From an uncultured archaeon (lineage in GTDB: Archaea > Aenigmatarchaeota > Aenigmatarchaeia > QMZP01 > QMZT01): a stretch of 57,197 bases of DNA. This document shows positions 17,022 through 25,608 of this stretch, piece by piece. Numbering within the stretch: the first letter of the stretch is position 1; each line of letters begins with the position of its first letter. The stretch is taken from positions 73,526 to 130,722 of the forward strand of contig CAZTJN010000002.1 in assembly GCA_964613955.1 (NCBI GenBank). The letters run 5' to 3'. The notes below the pieces were generated by a model. That model was not told the origin of the DNA and ran no database searches. It was given only the letters and a program-made list of their open reading frames with translations. The position numbers and the translations under genes were made by a program.

Positions 17022-17591
17022 ATGCAAAAGAATCTGAAAAAGGACGAGTGGGCAATAGTTTTGGACTACCTCCCCCATGGGTATTACGGTATGCGTATTT
17101 CGCAGCCTGTTGCCCAGGTTTTAGGTGAAGAGTATTTTTCCCTGCTTGAGGTCATAGTCAGGGAGGGCGTACATCTAAAGGTTGGTACCCGCGTTTATAT
17201 AGGCGATGGCAAGCGAGAGGAAATAAAATTCATAAAGAGGAGAATAGATTTTAAGGACCTTACGGGGGCCTCCAAAGAAGAACTGCCGGATATTGTGGAA
17301 AAAATTGTTAAAACAAAACCAAAAAGGTTCCTCGATTTTTTCAACAGGGCAGGCCCTATCACAACGAGGCTGCACCAGCTTGAATTGCTCCCCGGGATAG
17401 GCAAGAAGCACCTGTGGGCAATAATAGCGGCCAAAAAGGAAAAGGACTTCGAAAGTTTCGATGATCTTAAGAAACGCGTTTCCATGCTTCCTGACCCGGA
17501 GAAGATAATAATAAGAAGGATACTTGACGAACTGGAGGACAAGGACAAATACAGAATTTTTGTTCCGAGGTTTGAAAAAACGCGCAGATAA
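17022..17591 (+). CDS. DUF655-family putative nucleic-acid-binding protein (OB + helix-hairpin-helix)
   Basis: KDEWAIVLDYLPHGY..., LHQLELLPGIGKKHLWAII. It occupies the conserved position after rpoF. Confidence 0.8.
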   Translation: MQKNLKKDEWAIVLDYLPHGYYGMRISQPVAQVLGEEYFSLLEVIVREGVHLKVGTRVYIGDGKREEIKFIKRRIDFKDLTGASKEELPDIVEKIVKTKPKRFLDFFNRAGPITTRLHQLELLPGIGKKHLWAIIAAKKEKDFESFDDLKKRVSMLPDPEKIIIRRILDELEDKDKYRIFVPRFEKTRR

Positions 17592-17592
17592 A

Positions 17593-19113
17593 TTATTTTT
17601 TGACCATTTTCATAACGCTTTCCGGGTTTTTGTAATAATCTGAAATTAATCTTCCAACCTGATTTATATCCCTTATCTTCTTCTTCACCAGCCAGAGAAG
17701 TATCTTTTTCTTACCCTCAATGTTTTCCTTGATCTCGTCATCGCTCATCGCAGAATAAAGTTTTATTTCCTTGAGCAGCCTGTGGGGTTTCCCCCATTCT
17801 ACTATCTGGTCTTTTGAAGGAATCCATTTGAAGATAGTGTTCAGTTCAATTTTCATCTCCTCAAGACCGCCGCTGGGTATGAGTTCTGTTACTTCAAGCA
17901 GCCTTCGTATGCCCTTCCTCCTGTCCCTGTGCATGACGGCCACAAGCTGGAGCGAACTTATCAAGGAAACCGGTATGTTTATCGGCGGGTTGACAAGACG
18001 CTTGAATGTTTCTTCGGAGGTATTTGCGTGAAGTGTTGAATAAACCGAATGTCCTGTGTTTATTGCTTCAAACAGGACCTCTGCTTCCTTTGAACGCCTT
18101 ATCTCTCCGACTATCATCCTGTCCGGCCTCATTCTCAGTGCATTGATCATCAACTCGAGCATCGTCACTTCACCCTTGCCTTCGATATTGGGTGGCCTTG
18201 TTGTAAGGGGGACCCAGTGAAGGAAATTCGGCAGCTGGATTTCCCTTGTGTCCTCTATGGAGATAATCCTTTGCGTCGGGGGTATGAACATGCTCAGAAC
18301 GTTGAGAAAGGACGTCTTACCTGAGGCCGTTCCTCCCGTGCAAACAATGTTCATTTCATACTGTATTGCCAGCCAAAGAAACGCAGCGACATCGGCTGAT
18401 AGTGTCCCCATCTCTATAAAATCAGTTATGGTCCATGCCCTGCGAGCGAATTTCCTTATGGTTAAAGTGTTGCCCTCCGAGGATATGGGGAACAAGGTCG
18501 CATTGGCCCGGTCTCCTGTTGCCAGATACGCGTCCATCAAGGGATTTAAATTGGTTATCTGCGTTCCCACCTTCCTTCCAATCTGTGCGGAGTAATTGTA
18601 TATCTTCGCCTCGTCTGGAATCGTGATGTTTGTCTTCAGCCATCCAAATTCCCTGTGGTAAACCCATACGGGCTCCTTTGAGCTGTTTATAACAATCTCC
18701 TCTAGGCCCTGATCCTTCAGCATGAACTCCAACGGACCAAGGCCAAGCGCTTCCTGCACAAGTATGCCTATCAAAATTTTATTTTCCCTTTCGCTGATGC
18801 TGGGAAGCTCTTTCTTCAGAAGCATAGAGGCATTATTCACGAATTTGTCCTTCATCTCCTTAACATCTGTAGGATTTAGTATCTCTTCTGTTTTGAATGC
18901 GAGTTCTGCAACTATTCGCTCTCTTATGGAATCAAGGACTGCATGTGTTGCCCGTTCTATCCTGGGATATGTTATTTTGTATATGGGCACGTATTCATCG
19001 GGGTCATGGATAATATCAACGGTTGCAGGAACATCCTCTGAAATTATTTTATACGTTCTTTCCCTTTGTCTTGCTTTTCTTACCCTTTCTGCCTTTATTT
19101 TTTTCTTTGGCAT
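17593..19113 (-). CDS. Type II/IV secretion-system ATPase (archaeal pilus/archaellum FlaI/EpdL-like)
   Basis: Walker A CTGGTASGKTSFLN, Walker B/Asp box RIISIEDTREI, His box GHSVYSTLHA. A GGAGAGG Shine-Dalgarno box lies upstream. Confidence 0.9.
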   Translation of the reverse strand: MPKKKIKAERVRKARQRERTYKIISEDVPATVDIIHDPDEYVPIYKITYPRIERATHAVLDSIRERIVAELAFKTEEILNPTDVKEMKDKFVNNASMLLKKELPSISERENKILIGILVQEALGLGPLEFMLKDQGLEEIVINSSKEPVWVYHREFGWLKTNITIPDEAKIYNYSAQIGRKVGTQITNLNPLMDAYLATGDRANATLFPISSEGNTLTIRKFARRAWTITDFIEMGTLSADVAAFLWLAIQYEMNIVCTGGTASGKTSFLNVLSMFIPPTQRIISIEDTREIQLPNFLHWVPLTTRPPNIEGKGEVTMLELMINALRMRPDRMIVGEIRRSKEAEVLFEAINTGHSVYSTLHANTSEETFKRLVNPPINIPVSLISSLQLVAVMHRDRRKGIRRLLEVTELIPSGGLEEMKIELNTIFKWIPSKDQIVEWGKPHRLLKEIKLYSAMSDDEIKENIEGKKKILLWLVKKKIRDINQVGRLISDYYKNPESVMKMVKK

Positions 19114-19624
19114 GTTTTCCTCTCCTTTTGCCCCTCTTCACTGCCTTACGCAGCGTTACGATTAGAAGGAGCACTACAATTATAATTAAGATGAGAGCTA
19201 AATAAATTTGATTTTGGAGCAGTGTACCAAGGAACGTGCTTAAATCAGGAATAACAAAGGAATTCGTGGCGAAAAATATATTCAGTCTGCCCGTGTAAAT
19301 CAAAACAAAAACCGCGAAAATCATGATTATTACAATGTTGATTATAAGTGCCTTTTTGTTTCTGGGTTTCCTAGGCTTTTTCACTCCAGCCTTTGGTTTA
19401 AACTTCTTGAGTATCAGAACAGGGTCACCAAAAGGCGGGTAATGGAGGATGGCGAGGTCATGCTCCTCCAGAATTCTGCCCCACTCCTCTATTCTGTCTT
19501 CCTTTACTTTGAATTTCTTTGCAGCCCTTTTCACCTTGACGATCCCGCCCTTTTTTATCATTTCATACAGTTTGTCCACATCTGTTTCAAGGTAACCCCT
19601 GCCCTGCTTTGTTTCTGTCTTCAT
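19049..19624 (-). CDS. Small wHTH-like / single-TM protein with a Lys/Arg-rich tail
   Basis: The N-terminal ~70 aa look like a winged helix (VDKLYEMIKKGGIVKVKRAAKKFKVKEDRIEEWGRILEEHDL). Two hydrophobic segments follow. The tail is KRGKRRGKHAKEKNKGRKGKKSKTKGK. The last 65 nt overlap the ATPase gene in another frame. Start taken as ATG 19624; a TTG at 19636 is also possible. Confidence 0.6.
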   Translation of the reverse strand: MKTETKQGRGYLETDVDKLYEMIKKGGIVKVKRAAKKFKVKEDRIEEWGRILEEHDLAILHYPPFGDPVLILKKFKPKAGVKKPRKPRNKKALIINIVIIMIFAVFVLIYTGRLNIFFATNSFVIPDLSTFLGTLLQNQIYLALILIIIVVLLLIVTLRKAVKRGKRRGKHAKEKNKGRKGKKSKTKGKNV

Positions 19625-19625
19625 T

Positions 19626-20819
19626 TCAACCCTCAAATAATTCTTTCAGACCGTATCTTTCTGCGATAGTCTGATTTATCTTGAACCACTCGGGCAAGCC
19701 CCTCACGCCATGGCCAATATAATCTTGGTCCGAGAAATATAAATAATCCAGAGAGATTTGGCCCTCCTTTATCGGTATGCCTAAACTCTCCAGTTCAGGG
19801 GCGTTTACGAGGGACTCCAGACCATTTGACGAAGCCTCTAAATCCCCTTCGAGCCTGTCAAGATAATCAGGACCCTCGCCTTCAAAATAATAGCCTTCAT
19901 CGAGCTCGAGTTTTATGGGCAAATGCCATACGGATTTCGTTTGGTTATCAATGTACACCTTTTCATAACCTGTTTCTGTTATTGTTTGGTTTATCAAATC
20001 AAGAGAGCTGGCGTTGCCGGTCACGTAGCAGTCTGTATTTCCGCTCAAATCAACATCCTCTTCTGTGATAATCCCCCTGTAGCACCCGAAATCAATTCCG
20101 CTCGTGTTGGAAGCTACAAGTATTTTTGCCGGGTTGCATTCGGATTTTTCAAAGGTGACGTTGCCTTCACACGAACCCCCTGAATTGAAAGAGCCCTTAA
20201 CGATTTTTTTCGCTCTGTAGGTGAAGGGGGAAAATCTTATAACCCTTGTCAGAATGCCGTTCGTTTCTAATGGGAACAGCGGGTCTTCCATGTCGACTAC
20301 GGAGACAAGCACTTCCTCCTTCACGCCATTTTTTTCTACCCTTGCCATGCCCATATCATCTGCTACATGCACGCTGAGATTGGAACTTACCCTTACAGTG
20401 GAGTAATCGTTGCCGGCTATATGAAGGCCCGAATAGTTCAAATCAACATTGAAATTCGTCTTGACATTCCTTATCCTTTGTGTCCAGTTGCCGAGTGTGT
20501 TGTTAACCATGAGTATTGCTTCTTCACCAGATAGCGTTCCATTTTCCATCAGTTCCTTCAGACTTTCAACAGAGTTGTTGAGTGCCGTTCCATTCATAAC
20601 AATTCTATCCCCTGCCGCTATTAATGCCCTCTTGCAGGACGTTACGAGGGCCTTACTGAAATCAGTCTCGATGCTTTTTTCAAGCTGGTGGACCTGGTCA
20701 GAAACTATCCTTTCGTAAATATCTGACCCTATTGTCTGCGAGCCTATGTAAACGGTTACGAAAAGTATTATGGGTATGGCTATGAGTATTGCAGTCGCAG
20801 AATAAAACTGACCCCTCAT
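19626..20819 (-). CDS. Large pilin-like secreted protein with a class III (prepilin-type) signal peptide
   Basis: From ATG 20819 the protein begins MRGQFYSATAILIAIPIILFV, a short basic segment, then G, then a hydrophobic helix. It is about 400 aa with many N-x-S/T sequons. TTTAATTAAAT on the minus strand lies 25-35 nt upstream of the ATG, which suggests a leaderless transcript. Confidence 0.6.
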   Translation of the reverse strand: MRGQFYSATAILIAIPIILFVTVYIGSQTIGSDIYERIVSDQVHQLEKSIETDFSKALVTSCKRALIAAGDRIVMNGTALNNSVESLKELMENGTLSGEEAILMVNNTLGNWTQRIRNVKTNFNVDLNYSGLHIAGNDYSTVRVSSNLSVHVADDMGMARVEKNGVKEEVLVSVVDMEDPLFPLETNGILTRVIRFSPFTYRAKKIVKGSFNSGGSCEGNVTFEKSECNPAKILVASNTSGIDFGCYRGIITEEDVDLSGNTDCYVTGNASSLDLINQTITETGYEKVYIDNQTKSVWHLPIKLELDEGYYFEGEGPDYLDRLEGDLEASSNGLESLVNAPELESLGIPIKEGQISLDYLYFSDQDYIGHGVRGLPEWFKINQTIAERYGLKELFEG

Positions 20820-21130
20820 ATAAATAATATGGAGGGATTTAATTAAATTGGAATTATCCCCCTGGAAGTTCAACAAATTCTTCGATGGGCATAAGATTTA
20901 TTTTTTTACCCTTGTACTTAACAATTATTCTATCCTCTTACGCTTATCCCCTTCACATCGGTATTGCCTTCTTGCAAGTAGCTTTCCATATCTTTCAATG
21001 TCACGTCGTAAGATGTCAGAGAAGTCTTTTTGGTTTTTATTCAAGGCATTTCTATCCTAGTGGAATAATCGCTTTTTATTTTCAAATAGGAACCTGAGAT
21101 TTAAATTAAAACAGAATACAATATTCTATT

Positions 21131-22840
21131 ATGAAATACTCAGAACTGGTTGATCTCTACGAATACTTGGAACATACACCATCGAGGCTAAAAAAGATAG
21201 ACAAAGTTGCTGATTTCCTCAGGAAAGCGGAAACCTCTGTTCTGGAAAAGGTTGTGTTGCTTGTACAGGGAAGAGTGTTCCCCTCCTATTCCGAAAAAGA
21301 GATAGGAGTGGCAGACAAAATGATGGTGAAGGTCGTAGCATCCTCGACGGGGTTCGCAGAAAACGGGATTGTGAAAAAATTCAAGGAAACCGGAGACCTC
21401 GGCCTTACGGTAGAGGAATTGATGAAAAGGAAGAGGCAAACAACCTTAGTTTCAAGGAAACTGGAGATAGAAAAGGTCTTTGAGAACCTGAGAAAGCTGG
21501 CAAATGTCGAGGGAAGGGGCTCGCAGGAGGTAAAGATATCACTCATAAAGGAGCTTGTTTCCAATGCCAAGCCAAAGGAGGCAAAATATATAGTAAGAAC
21601 GGTTCTCGAACAGCTGAGGATAGGGGTTGCCGAGGGTGTTTTAAGGGATTCCATAGCAAAGGCATTCTTTCCTGAAAAGGAAGGAGAAGAAAAGAAAGAG
21701 ATAGTCAAATCAATAGAATGGGCATGGTTTTTGAGGCCGGACTACTCCGAAATAGCCAAGATAGCAAAGGAGAAAGGCCTTAAAGGTCTGAAGGAAGTTT
21801 CAATAGAGGTTGGAAAACCTTATCATGTTCTCCTAGCCGAAAAGGCAAAGAATCTCAGGGAAGCGATGAAAAGTTTTGAAAAACCTTCCTTGGAATTCAA
21901 GTATGACGGAGCCCGCGTGTGCATACACAAAAAAGATGAAAATTTCTGGATTTATACCAGAAGGCTGGAGAATATCACCAGGCAATTTCCTGACCTGACC
22001 GAGCTTGCAAGAAAAAGCATCGGGGCGAAAGAATGCATCGTTGAAGGGGAGATGCTGGGGGTGAACCCTAAAACAGGCAGCCCTATGCCTTTCCAGATGC
22101 TTTCCCAGAGAATCAAAAGGAAGTATGATATAGAGAAGATGGTGAAGGAAATACCTATCCAAGTCAACCTTTTTGACATCGTGTACCACAATGGAAAGCA
22201 GCTGTTCTCTGAACCGCTGGAAAAGAGGAGAAAAACGCTGGAGAGTATCGTAAAATCCGTACCTGGAAAATTTCAGTTGGCAAGGCAGCTTGTAACAAAG
22301 GACCTGAAAAAGGCAGAGGATTTCTATCAAAAGGCATTAAAGGCGAAGCAAGAAGGTGTAATGGTCAAGAATCTCGATGCCACTTACCAGCCCGGGCGGA
22401 GGGTCGGTTACTGGCTGAAAGTCAAACCAATAATGGAAACGCTCGATTTGGTTATAACAGGAGCGGAATGGGGAGCGGGAAAACGTGCCAGCTGGCTTGG
22501 TTCTTTCGTCTTGTCCTGCAGGAAAGGAGACGAATTTCTGGAATGCGGCATGATGGGCACAGGGATAAAGGAAAAAGGCGAGGGAGTCACCTTCGAAACC
22601 CTCACCCAACAGCTGAAGCCGTTCGTAGAGAGCGAAAGGGGAAAGACCGTCACGATAAAACCAAAAGTTGTTGTGGAGGTTGCCTATGAGGAAATCCAGA
22701 AATCCCCCAATTATTCTTCAGGCTTTGCTTTGCGTTTCCCCCGTCTGCTAAGGGTAAGATTCGACAAGTCCCCTTCTGATGCAGACGATGTTAAAAGGAT
22801 AGAGAAACTTTATAAGCAACAGCGGGGAAGGAAGTCCTGA
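21131..22840 (+). CDS. lig: ATP-dependent DNA ligase
   Basis: Motif I adenylation lysine in EFKYDGARV, plus motifs EGEMLG, FDIVY, MVKNL and WLKVK. The 569-aa length fits. Confidence 0.95.
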   Translation: MKYSELVDLYEYLEHTPSRLKKIDKVADFLRKAETSVLEKVVLLVQGRVFPSYSEKEIGVADKMMVKVVASSTGFAENGIVKKFKETGDLGLTVEELMKRKRQTTLVSRKLEIEKVFENLRKLANVEGRGSQEVKISLIKELVSNAKPKEAKYIVRTVLEQLRIGVAEGVLRDSIAKAFFPEKEGEEKKEIVKSIEWAWFLRPDYSEIAKIAKEKGLKGLKEVSIEVGKPYHVLLAEKAKNLREAMKSFEKPSLEFKYDGARVCIHKKDENFWIYTRRLENITRQFPDLTELARKSIGAKECIVEGEMLGVNPKTGSPMPFQMLSQRIKRKYDIEKMVKEIPIQVNLFDIVYHNGKQLFSEPLEKRRKTLESIVKSVPGKFQLARQLVTKDLKKAEDFYQKALKAKQEGVMVKNLDATYQPGRRVGYWLKVKPIMETLDLVITGAEWGAGKRASWLGSFVLSCRKGDEFLECGMMGTGIKEKGEGVTFETLTQQLKPFVESERGKTVTIKPKVVVEVAYEEIQKSPNYSSGFALRFPRLLRVRFDKSPSDADDVKRIEKLYKQQRGRKS

Positions 22841-22876
22841 TTTTCTTGGGAACAATCATTATTTAAATATATTTAC

Positions 22877-22888
22877 TATCAAGTGATA
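22877..22888. promoter_or_regulatory. Palindrome TATCA-AG-TGATA upstream of the TrmB-family gene (candidate operator)
   Basis: Perfect 5+2+5 inverted repeat at 22877-22888. A related TATCAATTAGGTGA lies at 22969-22982, next to the TATA-like CTTTATAAAT (22942-22951). Confidence 0.3.
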
Positions 22889-22986
22889 AACATATATAAA
22901 GCTTTCCATTCAAATAATTATCATAAACCAGTAACTATAATCTTTATAAATCTCCAACAGCAATTAACTATCAATTAGGTGAAAAA

Positions 22987-23778
22987 ATGGTGGCATCAAC
23001 AAAAACTATGGATGCTCTGAAAAGCATTGGCTTAAATCTGTACGAAAGGAAGATATTCGTAGCTTTGCTAGCAAGAGGGGTGGCGACGGCAGGCGAATTG
23101 TCCCAGATAGCGGGTGTCCCGAGATCAAGGTCTTACGACATTTTGGAATCACTCGCTGAAAAAGGATTCGTCGTTGTGCAGCCTTCAAAACCTATACGTT
23201 ACGTGGCTCTCGCTCCCAAAGATGCACTTGAAAGAACAAAGGAAAATTTGACAAAGAAACATGAAGAGGTGATACAGCGAATAGAGGAACTCAAGAATTC
23301 GCCCATTGCAGCAGAACTTGATACAATATATAAAGAGGGTTTGAACCTCGTTCAGCCATTTGAGATGACAGGCACGCTTAAGGGAAGACATTCCATCAAC
23401 CAACATTTGAACTCTCTCTTCAAGAAGGCCAACAAAGAGATAAAGATAGTGACCACGGGAGACGGTCTTAATGAACTTTACTCGAACCATTACAGCTCCT
23501 TGAAGAGAATAACCAAGAGGGGGGTGAAACTTAAGATAATAGCTCCTCCCATGAGCGAAACTACCCCTGTAAAGGCGTTCTCAGAGATAGCAGACTTGAG
23601 ACACACGGAAAAGCCTCTGAACAGGATTTTCACAATCGATGATAAACATTTCGTTTTTGCCCTGACCGATGACAAGAAAGTGCATCACACGCAGGATGTT
23701 GCCTTCTGGGCGCAGTCAAAGCATGCGATCAAGAGTTTTGTAGAACCCTTCTTTACCCAGGTCTGGGCATCGAAGTAA
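22987..23778 (+). CDS. TrmB-family transcriptional regulator
   Basis: N-terminal wHTH (LYERKIFVALLARGVATAGELSQIAGVPRSRSYDILESLAEKGFV), then a coiled linker and a C-terminal effector-like domain. An AGGTGA Shine-Dalgarno box is present. Confidence 0.85.
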   Translation: MVASTKTMDALKSIGLNLYERKIFVALLARGVATAGELSQIAGVPRSRSYDILESLAEKGFVVVQPSKPIRYVALAPKDALERTKENLTKKHEEVIQRIEELKNSPIAAELDTIYKEGLNLVQPFEMTGTLKGRHSINQHLNSLFKKANKEIKIVTTGDGLNELYSNHYSSLKRITKRGVKLKIIAPPMSETTPVKAFSEIADLRHTEKPLNRIFTIDDKHFVFALTDDKKVHHTQDVAFWAQSKHAIKSFVEPFFTQVWASK

Positions 23779-23811
23779 GAACCTTTCATTATTAAAACCC
23801 GTAAAGATAGC

Positions 23812-25599
23812 CTACTTCATTTCTTCTTTCTTGAATTCTTTTGTTTTGCCTTTCTTGGTTGCGACACTCGAAAGCAGCCCCCACTCCTCTTCCGGGGTTT
23901 CGAGTAAATCCTTCAGGGGTTCGAATCGGTGGTCTCTCATTATTTGTTCCTGTCTCCAGTAATCGCCTGCAGTCATCCTCACACCAAAAAATTCCGGAGG
24001 GAGCTTGTCAGGCGGGGTATCCTTTTCCAAGAATTTGGCCTGCAGCTTAAGGGCATCAACAGCCTGTTTGAATGGGTCGTCTCCTCCCCCCCTCTCAAAG
24101 AGCAGATAAACATCATGACCCTGCTTTCCCATGCCCGTTGTCCTCAGAAAATACATTAAATTGTAAAGAACCATGTCACCATATTCTATTGGGTAATGTG
24201 CATGCAAAGGGTTAGGTGTGTTTGAGTGAACGGAAAGAATGTATTTTCCATAGTCAGGAGCTATTTTTTTCAGGTCTTTGATCATGATGAGAGGATCAAT
24301 CCCATGACCTGCCACGTGCTCCCAGTCCATTGTAATGAAAACCCTGTCCGTTTTCAGCGTCTTTCTTATGGTTTTTATTGCAGCATATATCTGCTTCGGA
24401 TGCCAAAGCAAATACAGGCCGGCATATTTCGGGTCTCTTGCATCAGGCATCTCAATTGTGAACTTTAGATTCTTTGCTATCTTTATCAGATCGGGTCTGC
24501 CAGCCAGCTCATTTTTTATGAACTTGTCATTTAGCCACTTCAACGCCTCCTGAATATGCCCTTCCAGGAATTTCGCAGCAACGGCCGCATAATAAAATTC
24601 CTTGAACTGTCTGTCGTTGGTTTCTTCCGCCCGTTTCCACGACTTATCCAGCCATTCGTCATCGCTGTAGTCCAATTTGTACTTCCCCAGAACATCCGAA
24701 TAAACCTTGCACATCTCAACCCATATGGGATCCTTTGTGTAGAAAAGATAGTGGGCCATTATGTTGTAACCGTCCGTCAGCTTTCCATATGTATCGACTT
24801 TCCATTTCCTGTCATCGTACTTCTTCTGCATCATCTTCTTTCTGGCTGCTACGCCCATGTATTTTTTGAACAAGTTGGCATACAAATCTCCTGCCTCCTT
24901 TCTAACTTCTTCCCTTATCTTGTCCTCAATTCTTTCCCTTTCCCTTTCCGGTATGTTCTTTCTTGGTCCCAGCGGGGTCATAATGACAGGATAATCCTTT
25001 GTGTACTCTTCCCATTTCCTTTCCTGGAGTTTGCCTGCCATGAGGTCGGATTCTATTCGCGCTCCTCCCTCGGCTTCTCTCAGTTCCTTTTCATCAACTA
25101 TGAAACTGGGGTATTGCCTTTCGAAGTCCCACATGTGCTTTATGAACCATTCCCTGAGCTTAGCGTTTTCGTACAATATCTCGGAAACGAACCTCCCGAG
25201 GTGGTCGCACATAACGATTTCGAGCTTCGAAGTCGTGTATGTTATCATCTCCAGCCAGAAATGAAGACATGCGTGAAACAAAACGTATTTGCAGCCGGCA
25301 TAAACAGCGGAACGTATCGATTTCTGTATATGGTCATGCGCATCTCTCCAGTCCGAACGCTCGGGGATGGCCATGGGGATCGTAAGAGAACCATGGAAAA
25401 GCAGATCAACCCCCTGTTTTTCTGCCAGGTGTCTTATCTCTTCGCCTTCTGTCTGTGATATTTCGTGGGGTGCATCCCCGGATATCTCTATAACATCTGT
25501 CCCTCTGGTCAAACCGTACCCTACCTTTTTCAGAGTAGTAGCCAGTTCTTCTGCTCTTGCTATGTAATACAGACCTGTTGTAACGCCTACCTTTAACAT
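23812..25599 (-). CDS. Xylose-isomerase/endonuclease-IV-like TIM-barrel protein with a ~250-aa charged insertion
   Basis: 595 aa. Strand-like segments carry candidate metal ligands: KVGVTT, DVIEIS, DLLFHGS, KYVLFHA, [insert ~res 120-375, Trp/Lys/Glu-rich], KFTIEMPD, VFITMDWEHVAGHG, ILSVHSN, VYLLFERGG. The fold call is by eye. Confidence 0.55.
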   Translation of the reverse strand: MLKVGVTTGLYYIARAEELATTLKKVGYGLTRGTDVIEISGDAPHEISQTEGEEIRHLAEKQGVDLLFHGSLTIPMAIPERSDWRDAHDHIQKSIRSAVYAGCKYVLFHACLHFWLEMITYTTSKLEIVMCDHLGRFVSEILYENAKLREWFIKHMWDFERQYPSFIVDEKELREAEGGARIESDLMAGKLQERKWEEYTKDYPVIMTPLGPRKNIPERERERIEDKIREEVRKEAGDLYANLFKKYMGVAARKKMMQKKYDDRKWKVDTYGKLTDGYNIMAHYLFYTKDPIWVEMCKVYSDVLGKYKLDYSDDEWLDKSWKRAEETNDRQFKEFYYAAVAAKFLEGHIQEALKWLNDKFIKNELAGRPDLIKIAKNLKFTIEMPDARDPKYAGLYLLWHPKQIYAAIKTIRKTLKTDRVFITMDWEHVAGHGIDPLIMIKDLKKIAPDYGKYILSVHSNTPNPLHAHYPIEYGDMVLYNLMYFLRTTGMGKQGHDVYLLFERGGGDDPFKQAVDALKLQAKFLEKDTPPDKLPPEFFGVRMTAGDYWRQEQIMRDHRFEPLKDLLETPEEEWGLLSSVATKKGKTKEFKKEEMK

Positions 25600-25608
25600 A
25601 AAAATCTA

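Noticed and set aside
20877-21130. 254-nt intergenic region between the pilin-like gene and lig, examined for a missed small pilin gene
   Set aside because: Minus-strand ATGs open only very short ORFs (19 codons or fewer) with no class III signal. The two 70-aa + strand ORFs have no support.
23917-23932. GGGGTTCGAATCGGTGG, a T-arm-like string
   Set aside because: It lies inside the 595-aa coding sequence, and no surrounding tRNA structure is present.
24556-25458. 300-aa ORF on the + strand, antisense to the TIM-barrel gene
   Set aside because: It lies entirely inside the longer 595-aa minus-strand ORF, which has coherent fold-like motifs. The + frame is Phe/Leu/Val/Ser-rich shadow sequence with no Shine-Dalgarno box or promoter context.
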